64,000 bases of DNA from Candidatus Azobacteroides sp. (GTDB taxonomy: Bacteria; Bacteroidota; Bacteroidia; Bacteroidales; WRGA01): positions 5,926 to 69,925 of the forward strand of contig JAJQEC010000056.1 in NCBI GenBank assembly GCA_021201815.1. Direction: 5' to 3'. The position numbers and the translations under genes are program-made. Below the pieces are notes generated by a model that made no database searches, was not told the DNA's origin, and saw nothing but the letters and a program-made list of their open reading frames with translations. Every line of letters starts with the position of its first letter. Within the stretch, counting starts at the first letter, position 1. Shown here piece by piece: positions 50,606 through 60,119 of this stretch.

Positions 50606-50776
50606 ATAATTTATTATATAAATTTGCTTGCGTTGTTTCTATTTTATTTAGCAGATAAAAATCGTGTAGATATTCTTACCGTAACGTAAACGTTGAAATT
50701 ATAAGACTTATCCGCTTTTATTACTTTATAATAATAGATTCAAAATAAATTAAATATAACCCAACTATCAAAAACT

Positions 50777-52300
50777 ATGTTTACAGCACAAGATCTTCAA
50801 CTTCTTGCAGAAAAAGGGATAACAAAAGAACAGGTGGCCGGACAACTGGAGAATTTTGTAAAAGGATTTCCGTTTCTGGAAATAATATCTTCAGCTTCTG
50901 TAGAGAAAGGCATTAAAGTAGTTAATGAAGCAGAAAAGCAACAATATTTAAAAATATGGGATAAATACCTGGAAAAAAATAAAGATGTTGTAAAGTTTGT
51001 TCCTGCTTCAGGGGCAGCCAGCAGAATGTTTAAAGATTTGTTTGAATTTCTTGAAGCAGACTATAAACACCCTACTTCTGAGTTTGAAATTAAGTTTTTC
51101 CAAAATATAAAGAAGTTTGCTTTTTATAATGACCTGAATAAGGTGTGTATTAACAATACAGGAAAAGATATTTTTACTTTGCTCATTGAAAGTGATTACA
51201 AAAAAATTGTAGAGAATTTACTTTTGTTTTCCGGGTTAAATTATGGCAATCTTCCTAAGGGATTACTTAAATTCCATTCCTACCCGGACGGTAACCGGAC
51301 AGCTATGGAAGAACATTTGGCAGAAGGAGCTTTGTATGCAAAAAATAAAGAAAAGAACGTCAATATTCATTTTACGGTTTCTCCGGAGCATCGGGAGCTA
51401 TTTCAGGAATTAGTAAATGAGAAAAAAGCAAAATTTGAACAGTTGTTTGATGCGCGATATAATGTTTCTTTCAGTGAGCAAAAAGCTTCCACAGATACTT
51501 TAGCAGCAGATAAAGACAATAAGCCTTTCCGTGATACAACCGGGAAAATGTTTTTTCGTCCGGGTGGACATGGAGCACTGATTGAAAATCTGAATGATAT
51601 TATGGCTGATGTAATATTTATAAAAAATATTGATAATGTTGTACCGGATCATCTGAAAGAAGAGACTGTAATTTATAAAAAACTAATAGCCGGGATTTTA
51701 ATTGATGTACAACAAAAAATCTTTGAATATCTGGAAATAATAGAAAGTGGGCAATATACTCATGATAAAATATTGGAGATTATTTATTTTGTACAAAATA
51801 CCTTGAATATCAGAAATTCCGAAACAAAAAACTTAGAAGACGGAGAATTAGTATTATACCTCAAATCAAAATTAGATAGACCTTTACGGGTTTGTGGAAT
51901 GGTGAAGAACGTAGGAGAACCGGGTGGCGGACCTTTCTTTACTGTAAATCCTGATAATACGGTTTCTTTACAAATTCTTGAAAGTTCTCAGATTGATTTA
52001 AAAGATCCGGAAAAAGAAGCAATGTTTAAAACAGGAACGCATTTCAATCCGGTAGATCTTGTCTGTGCTGTTAAAAACTATAAGGGAGAAAAATATCATC
52101 TTCCTGACTATGTAGATAAAAATACCGGATTTATTTCCATTAAATCCAAAGATGGAAAAGAATTAAAAGCAATGGAATTACCGGGCTTGTGGAATGGTGC
52201 CATGTCCGATTGGAATACGATTTTTGTAGAAGTACCTATCAGCACTTTTAATCCGGTTAAAACAGTAAATGATCTTCTTCGAAAAGAGCATCAGGCATAA
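50777..52300 (+). CDS. DUF4301 family protein (UDP-sugar pyrophosphorylase-like fold)
   Basis: N-terminus MFTAQDLQLLAEKGITKEQV...FVPASGAASRMFK and RPGGHGALIENL, which resemble UDPGP-type nucleotide-sugar pyrophosphorylase motifs. The DUF4301 name is from memory. Confidence 0.65.
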   Translation: MFTAQDLQLLAEKGITKEQVAGQLENFVKGFPFLEIISSASVEKGIKVVNEAEKQQYLKIWDKYLEKNKDVVKFVPASGAASRMFKDLFEFLEADYKHPTSEFEIKFFQNIKKFAFYNDLNKVCINNTGKDIFTLLIESDYKKIVENLLLFSGLNYGNLPKGLLKFHSYPDGNRTAMEEHLAEGALYAKNKEKNVNIHFTVSPEHRELFQELVNEKKAKFEQLFDARYNVSFSEQKASTDTLAADKDNKPFRDTTGKMFFRPGGHGALIENLNDIMADVIFIKNIDNVVPDHLKEETVIYKKLIAGILIDVQQKIFEYLEIIESGQYTHDKILEIIYFVQNTLNIRNSETKNLEDGELVLYLKSKLDRPLRVCGMVKNVGEPGGGPFFTVNPDNTVSLQILESSQIDLKDPEKEAMFKTGTHFNPVDLVCAVKNYKGEKYHLPDYVDKNTGFISIKSKDGKELKAMELPGLWNGAMSDWNTIFVEVPISTFNPVKTVNDLLRKEHQA

Positions 52301-52303
52301 AGA

Positions 52304-53977
52304 ATGGAAAAAATAATTATTTATCAGGTATTACCGCGTTTATTCGGAAATCTGAATGAGCATTGCAAACAAAATGGGACATTGGAAGAAAATGGTGTGG
52401 GTAAATTTTCTGATTTTACTACTCCTTTATTAAAGAAAATAAAGAAGATGGGATATTCCCATATCTGGTTTACCGGAGTGGTGAGACATGCCACCAAAAC
52501 AAATTATTCTTCTTTCGGAATACCTCCCTCCCACCCGGCTGTTGTAAAAGGAAATGCCGGTTCTCCTTATGCGATATCCGATTATTATGATATCTGTCCG
52601 GATTTGGCAGATAAAGTAGAAAACCGCATGGAAGAGTTTGTTGCATTAATTGACAGAGTTCACAAACAAGGACTTAAAATGTTAATGGATTTTGTTCCCA
52701 ATCATGTTGCCAGACAATATAAATCAATCAAAAAACCAAACAGAATTTCAGATCTGGGTGCAAAAGATAATTCTTCTTTATTCTTTGCTCCGGATAATAA
52801 TTTCTATTATATCCCTAATGAAAAGTTAACTTTTGTTGGAGATGGAGAAGAATACACTGAATTTCCGGCAAAAGTAACCGGTAATGATTGTTTCAATGCT
52901 CATCCGTGCCATAATGACTGGTACGAAACTATTAAATTAAATTATGGTATTGACTTTCTGAATGAACACACAAAACATTTTGACCCTGTTCCTGATACAT
53001 GGAAAAAAATGTATGATATTCTCAGTTTCTGGGCATCAAAAGGTGTGGATGGATTCCGGTGTGACATGGCAGAAATGGTTCAGGTAGAATTCTGGAACTG
53101 GTCTATTTCTAAAATAAAGGAAAAACATAAAAACATTCTTTTTATTGCTGAAATTTATAATCCGGGATTGTATCGGGAATATATACAAACCGGAAAGTTT
53201 GATTATTTATATGACAAAGTTGGGTTATACGATACATTAAGAAACGTAATCTGTGGTTATGAGGATGCAGGAGCTATTTCCCGCTGCTGGCAGAATTTAG
53301 GGGATTTGTATCCTTACATGCTTAATTTTTTAGAGAATCATGATGAACAACGGATTGCCTCTGATTTCTTTGCCGGAAATCCATTTGCCGGAATTCCCGG
53401 AATGATTGTAGCTGCTACGATGAATATTAATCCTTTAATGGTTTATAGTGGACAGAAGTTCGGAGAAAAAGGGATGGATGCAGAAGGTTTCAGTGGAAAG
53501 GATGGCCGTACAACCATTTTTGATTACTGGAGCATAAAAACACTTAGAGATTGGGCAAATGAAGGGAAATATAATGATGAAAACTTATCTCCGGAACAAG
53601 TAAAGTTGAGAGATATGTATCTGCGTATACTAAAGATCTGTAACAAAGAAAAAGCAATTACGGATGGTTTGTTTTATGATCTAATGTATGCTAATTACGA
53701 GAATTCTGAATTCAATTCCCGAAAATTGTATACTTACCTTCGGGCAAATGAAGAATATGTACTTCTGTTCGTTATAAATTTTGACTCGTCAGATATACAG
53801 ACTAAAATCAATATTCCACAACATGCCTTTGATTTTTTCCGGATTCCGGAGAAAAAGCAGATTTCATGCCTTGAATTGTTTTCCATGGAAAGAATAAGAC
53901 AGGATATCTTTCCCGGATGTCTTTTTGAAACCGATATTCCTGCTTATTCAGGAAGAATATATAAATGGAAAAAATAA
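52304..53977 (+). CDS. GH13 alpha-amylase family glycoside hydrolase, cytoplasmic
   Basis: Motifs DFVPNHVA, GVDGFRCDMAEMV, IAEIY and FLENHDEQR. No signal peptide. Confidence 0.85.
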   Translation: MEKIIIYQVLPRLFGNLNEHCKQNGTLEENGVGKFSDFTTPLLKKIKKMGYSHIWFTGVVRHATKTNYSSFGIPPSHPAVVKGNAGSPYAISDYYDICPDLADKVENRMEEFVALIDRVHKQGLKMLMDFVPNHVARQYKSIKKPNRISDLGAKDNSSLFFAPDNNFYYIPNEKLTFVGDGEEYTEFPAKVTGNDCFNAHPCHNDWYETIKLNYGIDFLNEHTKHFDPVPDTWKKMYDILSFWASKGVDGFRCDMAEMVQVEFWNWSISKIKEKHKNILFIAEIYNPGLYREYIQTGKFDYLYDKVGLYDTLRNVICGYEDAGAISRCWQNLGDLYPYMLNFLENHDEQRIASDFFAGNPFAGIPGMIVAATMNINPLMVYSGQKFGEKGMDAEGFSGKDGRTTIFDYWSIKTLRDWANEGKYNDENLSPEQVKLRDMYLRILKICNKEKAITDGLFYDLMYANYENSEFNSRKLYTYLRANEEYVLLFVINFDSSDIQTKINIPQHAFDFFRIPEKKQISCLELFSMERIRQDIFPGCLFETDIPAYSGRIYKWKK

Positions 53978-54004
53978 ATACATAAATGATAGTTGATTAA
54001 TCAA

Positions 54005-54042
54005 GAAAGGGATATATCCAAAATCGGATAAATCCCTTTTTT
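54005..54042. terminator. bidirectional terminator
   Basis: Stem gaaagggat (54005-54013) / atcccttt (54032-54039), followed by a T tract. It lies between the convergent GH13 and nhaC-like genes. Confidence 0.65.
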
Positions 54043-54067
54043 AATGTCTATTATCCGCCTATGTATT

Positions 54068-55399
54068 TTACTGATTAGATTTGATTTTTGTCTGTTTTTC
54101 TTCTGTATATTTTTTAGGATATTGGAAAATAATAGCAGCAATAGCAGCTAATCCAATTAAAAACGAATAATAAAGGTAAGGAATGATTTCTACAGGATTA
54201 ATTCCCGCAATACCGGAAGCAATTAATAACTGGGCTCCGTAGGGGATTATTCCCTGTGTAAAACAAGAAAAAGTATCCAGCAGACTGGCTGTCCGTCGTC
54301 TGTCTATATGAAATTTATCACTTATATCTTTTGCGATAGGCCCGGTAATAATGAGTGCAATGGTATTATTAGCAGTGCACAGGTTTGTAAAACAGGTTAA
54401 TGCTGCAATACTTCCTTCTGCTTTTCGTTTCGATTTTACTTTCTTTGTCAGTTTTTCAATCAACCAGTTAATTCCTCCGTTATACCGGATTACTTCAAAC
54501 AAACCACCGGCCATCAGAGAAACAATAATCAGTTCCCCCATATCATTTATAATTCCTCTGTTAGCTGCTTCCATCCAATTCCAAACAGTAAAATCGGTAC
54601 TTAATAGTCCGATTATCCCGGATAAAAGAACTCCCAGAAGAAGTACTACCACTACGTTTATTCCCATCAGGGCAGTTGCTAATACAACAATATAAGGGAT
54701 AACTTTTATCCAGGCTATTTCGGAATGACTGATTTCTCCGGTTAATCCATATCCCTGATATATATAGATAAGGGTTACCAGAATAGCAACAGGAAGTACA
54801 ATGCGAACATTTACTTTGAACTTATCTTTCATTTTTATTTCCTGAGTCCTTGTGGCAACAATTGTTGTATCGGAAATAAAAGACAGGTTATCACCGAACA
54901 TTGCTCCTCCTATCACAATGGCAACCATAGCGGCAAGATGTATATCAATCTGAGAAGAAATACCTGCAGCAATCGGAGTTAGGGCTGCAATAGTTCCGGT
55001 AGAAGTACCCATAGCCATTGAAATAAAGCACGCTGCTATAAATATACTGGCGGGAATCATATTTTGAGGCAGTAAATACAATATCATATTTACTGTTGCA
55101 TCTACAGCGCCCATTGCCTTTGCCGTTCCGGCAAAAGCTCCGGCAAGGATGAAAATAACAATCATCAACATGATGGTATTGTTAGCCGCTCCTTTGCAGA
55201 AAATATTTATACGGGTAGATATTTTTCCCCGGGAAAGAAGAATCGCAGTTACTGAAGTTAATAAAAAGGAAATTGAAACCGGGATCTTACTCAAATCTCC
55301 TGTAAGAAAATAGGTGACAATATATAACAAAAAGAACACACATAATGGAATCAAAGCCCGGAAATCAGCTTTTGGTAAGTTATCGTTTTTAATATCCAT
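54068..55399 (-). CDS. Na+/H+ antiporter NhaC family protein
   Basis: Polytopic 443-aa membrane protein. The NhaC-type blocks were recognised by eye only. Confidence 0.8.
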   Translation of the reverse strand: MDIKNDNLPKADFRALIPLCVFFLLYIVTYFLTGDLSKIPVSISFLLTSVTAILLSRGKISTRINIFCKGAANNTIMLMIVIFILAGAFAGTAKAMGAVDATVNMILYLLPQNMIPASIFIAACFISMAMGTSTGTIAALTPIAAGISSQIDIHLAAMVAIVIGGAMFGDNLSFISDTTIVATRTQEIKMKDKFKVNVRIVLPVAILVTLIYIYQGYGLTGEISHSEIAWIKVIPYIVVLATALMGINVVVVLLLGVLLSGIIGLLSTDFTVWNWMEAANRGIINDMGELIIVSLMAGGLFEVIRYNGGINWLIEKLTKKVKSKRKAEGSIAALTCFTNLCTANNTIALIITGPIAKDISDKFHIDRRRTASLLDTFSCFTQGIIPYGAQLLIASGIAGINPVEIIPYLYYSFLIGLAAIAAIIFQYPKKYTEEKQTKIKSNQ

Positions 55400-55570
55400 C
55401 TGTTTTTTATTTACTCTTATCTCTAGTCTGAGTATGTATAAAATTAATATCTTGCAAAATTATAACAATTCAGGAAATACAACTATCAAATAAGAACTTT
55501 GAATTTAAATTTTCTATACAATAGGTAGTTTGTAAACTCAAAAAGAAACGGAAGAATTAAAGAGAAAGAT

Positions 55571-55642
55571 ATTTAAACTAGTATAAAAAGAAACTCTGCT
55601 GAATATTTTTTCAGCAGAGTTTCTTTTTATACTAGTTTAAAT
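55571..55642 (-). terminator. perfect 33-bp-stem hairpin (72 nt) abutting the DUF1015 stop codon
   Basis: The left arm ATTTAAACTAGTATAAAAAGAAACTCTGCTGAA (55571-55603) is the exact reverse complement of the right arm at 55610-55642. The loop is tatttt. Confidence 0.7.
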
Positions 55643-56886
55643 TATATCAGTTTATGAATTACTAATCCTGATCTTAATTTGGGTTCAAACCATGTTGTTT
55701 TCGGAGGCATGATATTGCCGGTATCCGCAATATCGATTAACTGCTTCATGGAAACCGGATAAAGAGCAAAAGCAACTTTCATTTCTCCACTATCCACCCG
55801 TTTTTTTAATTCTTCCAGTCCACGGATTCCACCTACAAAATCCACCCTTTTATCTGTTCTGAGATCTTTGATTCCCAGAATTTCATCCAGAATAAGAGTA
55901 GAAGAAATTGTTACATCCAGAATTCCGATAGGATCATTGTCATTGTAGGTACCCGGTTTTGCAGTTAAAGAGTACCATTTTCCGGATAAATACATAGAGA
56001 AATTATGTAATTTTTCCGGATTATAAATTTCCGTACCTTTTTCTTCGACAATAAAATTTTTACTCAGTTTCTGTAAAAATGTATCTTCATCTAATCCATT
56101 CAGGTCCTTCACTACCCGATTATAATCAATAATTTGCAGTTGATTATCCGGGAAACAAACTGCCAGAAAGTAATTGTATTCTTCCTCACCTGTATGGTTG
56201 GGATTTTGTTTTGCTTTTTCAGCTCCTACCAATGCTGCTGCTGCTGTCCGGTGATGACCATCGGCTATATAAAGAAAAGGCATGGAAGCAAATAATTCCG
56301 TAATACGATTAATTGTTGTTTCATCTTCTATCAGCCAGAAATGATGTCCGAAGCCATCCGGTGCCGTGAAATCATATTCCGGTTGATTTTGAGTCACTGA
56401 AACAAGAATCTCGTCCAACTCTTTTTGTGCGGGATAAGCAAAAAATACCGGTTCAATATTTGCATTATTAATGCGGACATGCTTCATCCGGTCCTCTTCT
56501 TTGTCCTTGCGGGTTAACTCGTGCTTTTTAATAACCCCATTCAAATAATCATCCACATTAGCACAAACGACAAATCCATATTGTGTACGTCCGTTCATCG
56601 TTTGGGCATATACATAATATAGTTCTTTTTCGTCTTGTTTCAGCCAGCCTTTTTCCTGAAATGACAGAAAATTTTCTACAGCCTTTTCATATACTTCCGG
56701 AGCATGCTCATCTGTGCCAGGAGGAAAATCTATTTCAGGCTTAATAATATGATATAATGATTTTGCATTTCCTTTGGCCTCTTCCCTCGCTTCTTCCGAA
56801 TTCAATACATCATAAGGACGGGAAGCAACTTGTTCCACTAATTCTTTAGGAGGACGAATGCCTTTGAAAGGTTTAATCTTTGCCAT
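55642..56886 (-). CDS. DUF1015 domain-containing protein
   Basis: N-terminus MAKIKPFKGIRPPKELVEQVASRPYDVL and the block YIADGHHR. Length 414 aa. It is adjacent to serA and serC. Confidence 0.8.
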   Translation of the reverse strand: MAKIKPFKGIRPPKELVEQVASRPYDVLNSEEAREEAKGNAKSLYHIIKPEIDFPPGTDEHAPEVYEKAVENFLSFQEKGWLKQDEKELYYVYAQTMNGRTQYGFVVCANVDDYLNGVIKKHELTRKDKEEDRMKHVRINNANIEPVFFAYPAQKELDEILVSVTQNQPEYDFTAPDGFGHHFWLIEDETTINRITELFASMPFLYIADGHHRTAAAALVGAEKAKQNPNHTGEEEYNYFLAVCFPDNQLQIIDYNRVVKDLNGLDEDTFLQKLSKNFIVEEKGTEIYNPEKLHNFSMYLSGKWYSLTAKPGTYNDNDPIGILDVTISSTLILDEILGIKDLRTDKRVDFVGGIRGLEELKKRVDSGEMKVAFALYPVSMKQLIDIADTGNIMPPKTTWFEPKLRSGLVIHKLI

Positions 56887-56974
56887 ACGTATTTATTTAA
56901 AATAAAAAGGTGAAAAGTAAAAAGTATAACAATACATTTCCTTTTACTTTATACCTTTCGCCTGCTACTTTTTA

Positions 56975-57895
56975 TTATTTGTTTACTCTGAATTTTTCGT
57001 TGCCGTTTTTAAGAAAATCAACAATCTGATTGGCAGCAGCTATCCCGGCGTTACTATTGGCTTCAGCAGTTTGTGCTCCCATTTTTTTCGGAGTAGAGAA
57101 ATATCTGTCCGGAAATTTTTCCTGCATTTCTGTATTATTAGCAGGAGGAATATCCGTAAGATATTTAAAGTCAGTCCTTTCTTCCATGAAAGATACCATT
57201 TCTGCTTCATTAATCACTTCTTTGCGTGCAGTATTAATCAGTACGCTTTTTGCTGGTAAGTTACTTAACAATATTTTATTGATAGATTGCTTTGTTTCAG
57301 AAGTCGCAGGAATGTGAAGAGAAATAAACTGACAGGTAGAATACAACTCCTCTACAGAACTTACGGCTTTCACACCTTCTGATTCTATCTTATCAGCAGA
57401 CAAAAAAGGATCGTATGCATACACTTCCATACCAAAACCCTTTGCAATTCTGGCAACGTTTCTTCCTACATTTCCATACGCATGAATTCCAAGTTTTTTT
57501 CCAAGTAACTCAGAGCCGGATGTTCCGTTGAAGAAATTGCGGACAGCATATACCATCAACCCAAGGGCAAGTTCAGCTACCGCATTTGCATTCTGTCCGG
57601 GTGTATTCATAACACAAACATTTTTAGCAGTAGCCGCTTCCAGATCGACATTATCATATCCGGCTCCTGCTCTGACAACTATTTTCAGATTATCGGAAGC
57701 ATCTATCACTTCTTTATCGATAATATCACTCCGTATAATTACAGCATCAGCTGTTTTTACAGCTTCTATTAACTGTGATTTCTCGGTATATTTTTCAAGT
57801 AGTGCTAATTCATATCCGGCTTTTTCGATCACATCTCTGATACCTTTTACAGCTTCCGGAGCAAAAGGTTTGTCGGTTGCTACTAAAACTTTCAT
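56975..57895 (-). CDS. serA: D-3-phosphoglycerate dehydrogenase-like 2-hydroxyacid dehydrogenase
   Basis: NAD-binding motif GIHAYGNVGRNVA and the catalytic region of D-isomer-specific dehydrogenases. It sits next to serC. Confidence 0.8.
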   Translation of the reverse strand: MKVLVATDKPFAPEAVKGIRDVIEKAGYELALLEKYTEKSQLIEAVKTADAVIIRSDIIDKEVIDASDNLKIVVRAGAGYDNVDLEAATAKNVCVMNTPGQNANAVAELALGLMVYAVRNFFNGTSGSELLGKKLGIHAYGNVGRNVARIAKGFGMEVYAYDPFLSADKIESEGVKAVSSVEELYSTCQFISLHIPATSETKQSINKILLSNLPAKSVLINTARKEVINEAEMVSFMEERTDFKYLTDIPPANNTEMQEKFPDRYFSTPKKMGAQTAEANSNAGIAAANQIVDFLKNGNEKFRVNK

Positions 57896-58019
57896 GTTAT
57901 TTTGTTTTTATAATAAATGTTTTTCCAGGAATTTTTCAGATTAACCTATAAATAAACAATACATCATTTTAGAAGATGAAATACTAAAATGATGTATTGA
58001 AAATAGTTATAAAAAAGAA

Positions 58020-59087
58020 TTAATGAGCCTTTTCGAATTCTTTCATTACATCAACCAGAGCCTGTACACTTTCTATTTTCATGGCATTATAAATAGAAGC
58101 TCTGAAACCACCCACCGAACGGTGACCTTTGATGCCAACCATACCTTTCGAGGTAGCGAATTTAGCAAACTCATCTTCCAGATCTTTGTATTCGTCATTC
58201 ATTACGAAGCAGACATTCATTACAGAACGATCTTCAACAGCAGCAGTACCTTTAAATAACTTGTTGCGGTCTATTTCATTATATAATAAAGTAGCTTTTG
58301 CTTCATTTAACTTTTGAATAGCTTCAATACCTCCGAGTTGTTTGTAATACCGCAATGTTTGTAATGCGGCATATACCGACACACAAGGAGGTGTATTGAA
58401 CATACTTTCCTTTTTGATATGAGTGCGGTAATCCAGCATAGTCGGAATCTGGCGGGATACTTTTCCCAATGCATCTATTTTTGCAATAATGATAGTTACT
58501 CCGGCTGGTGCCAGGTTTTTTTGTGCACCTGCATAAATTAAGTCATATTTTGAAACATCTATCGGACGGGAAAAAATATCGGATGACATGTCACTTACCA
58601 ACGGTACATTTACATCCGGATCATTTTTTATTTGCGTTCCGAAAATAGTATTGTTGGAAGTAAAATGGAAATAATCGGCGTCTGACGGTACTTCGTAATT
58701 TTTTGGAATAAAGTTATAATTGCTTTCTTTTGAAGAAGCTACCACATCTACTTCACCAAAAAGCTTTGCCTCTTTGATCGCATTTGAAGCCCAGGTCCCG
58801 GTATCGAGGTATGCTGCTTTTTTTTCCAGTAAGTTGTAAGGAGCCATACAAAATTGTAAGCTTGCTCCGCCACCCATGAAAATAACATCATAACCTTCCG
58901 GTACATTCAGGAGTTCTTTTGTCAAAGCACGTGCTTCTTCCATTACAGCAATGAATTCTTTGCTTCTGTGCGATACTTCCATCAATGATAAACCGGTTCC
59001 TGCAAAATCAAGGATTGCGTCAGCGGTATTTTTGATGGTGTATTGGCTCATAATAGAAGGGCCAGCGTAAAAATTATGCTTCTTCAT
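58020..59087 (-). CDS. serC: 3-phosphoserine/phosphohydroxythreonine aminotransferase
   Basis: N-terminus [11 protein letters not shown] and the PLP-lysine block [14 protein letters not shown]. Length 355 aa. Confidence 0.92.
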   Translation of the reverse strand: MKKHNFYAGPSIMSQYTIKNTADAILDFAGTGLSLMEVSHRSKEFIAVMEEARALTKELLNVPEGYDVIFMGGGASLQFCMAPYNLLEKKAAYLDTGTWASNAIKEAKLFGEVDVVASSKESNYNFIPKNYEVPSDADYFHFTSNNTIFGTQIKNDPDVNVPLVSDMSSDIFSRPIDVSKYDLIYAGAQKNLAPAGVTIIIAKIDALGKVSRQIPTMLDYRTHIKKESMFNTPPCVSVYAALQTLRYYKQLGGIEAIQKLNEAKATLLYNEIDRNKLFKGTAAVEDRSVMNVCFVMNDEYKDLEDEFAKFATSKGMVGIKGHRSVGGFRASIYNAMKIESVQALVDVMKEFEKAH

Positions 59088-59314
59088 TGTGAAAAGAGTT
59101 TAATAGAATATTATGTTTTATTAAAAATGTCCTCTGTTTGAAATTCTTTTTATAGACTGCGAAGATAATACTTTTTTTTACTCATTTCACTTTTTTAAAG
59201 AATTTATTCGTCAAATTAATAACCATTTTTTTTGAAAAATAAACATCTTTCTTTACAAAATGCTCTTTCTTTTTCATTTTCATGTCTTTTATCTTTTTTC
59301 GGGAAGATTCTGAA

Positions 59315-59347
59315 ATGGAAAATTAAAGGAAGTAAGATGTCTTCCTT
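59315..59347 (-). terminator. weak hairpin terminator after the HKD gene
   Basis: Stem aaggaag (59326-59332) / cttcctt (59341-59347) overlapping the stop codon. On the minus strand it is followed by TTTAATTTT. Confidence 0.4.
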
Positions 59348-59870
59348 ATTTAATTCTGTCTCCACAAAATTGTTTTCTTTTACATGTTGTACAGAATTTC
59401 CCTATCCAGATATCGTCAAATTGGTTCACAGCATTTTCCACCAACAGGGAATCGGAAGAAAGAATACCGGATTCAAAATTCCGGTTGTCTTTGCTTTTCA
59501 TACCTATTCCCGCCCCGGTTAAGTTTGCGGAACCTATATACACGGTTTGAAGGTCAAAAAGAAAAATCTTAAAATGAACGCGTGGGCATAAAGTACGTTC
59601 CAGCCTTTCCGCCAGAATGGGATATTTATCGAAATCTCTCCTGAAATTCGGTCCTGGTTCCTTCGCATGCATTAGTCTTATTTCTACTCCCCGGTAAAGA
59701 AGGTCTGAGAGAATTTTAAGAAAAGAAACGGAACTATCGGTGTTTTTCATATACACATCTTTAATATCTGCTGTCCCGATCCATAAAACCTTTTGTACTT
59801 TTTTTATTTTTTCAAGCACTAAGGTATAATGTTCTTCATTAGAAATGTAAATTGTTTTTTTATCCGTCAT
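59346..59870 (-). CDS. minimal single-HKD phospholipase D superfamily protein (Nuc-like nuclease candidate)
   Basis: Complete HxKx4Dx6GSxN motif HFKIFLFDLQTVYIGSAN (residues 99-116, nt 59523-59576). 174 aa. C-terminal cysteine cluster CTTCKRKQFC. Confidence 0.8.
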   Translation of the reverse strand: MTDKKTIYISNEEHYTLVLEKIKKVQKVLWIGTADIKDVYMKNTDSSVSFLKILSDLLYRGVEIRLMHAKEPGPNFRRDFDKYPILAERLERTLCPRVHFKIFLFDLQTVYIGSANLTGAGIGMKSKDNRNFESGILSSDSLLVENAVNQFDDIWIGKFCTTCKRKQFCGDRIK

Positions 59871-60119
59871 TTCTTTGTGAATACTATGAATGCATTTTTT
59901 AACAAAGATATAGTTTTTCTTTTCTTTTAAAGGAAAAGAAGGAAGTTATCATTTTTTGTCCTTTGCCGAAAAATAAAAACAGGACTGTTTTATTTCTTTC
60001 AACAAATTTACCGGTGAACAATAAGGACTTTCAATGGGTTTTAAGATTGCAGTTTAAAATATAATTTAAAGAATACGTGTTTGATCGTATCTTCCTCAAG
60101 TATTTATACAATATATTTT

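Noticed and set aside
57528-57944. 138-aa ORF antisense to serA (also 57030-57317 and 57071-57259)
   Set aside because: It overlaps the conserved dehydrogenase frame, and no motif is present.
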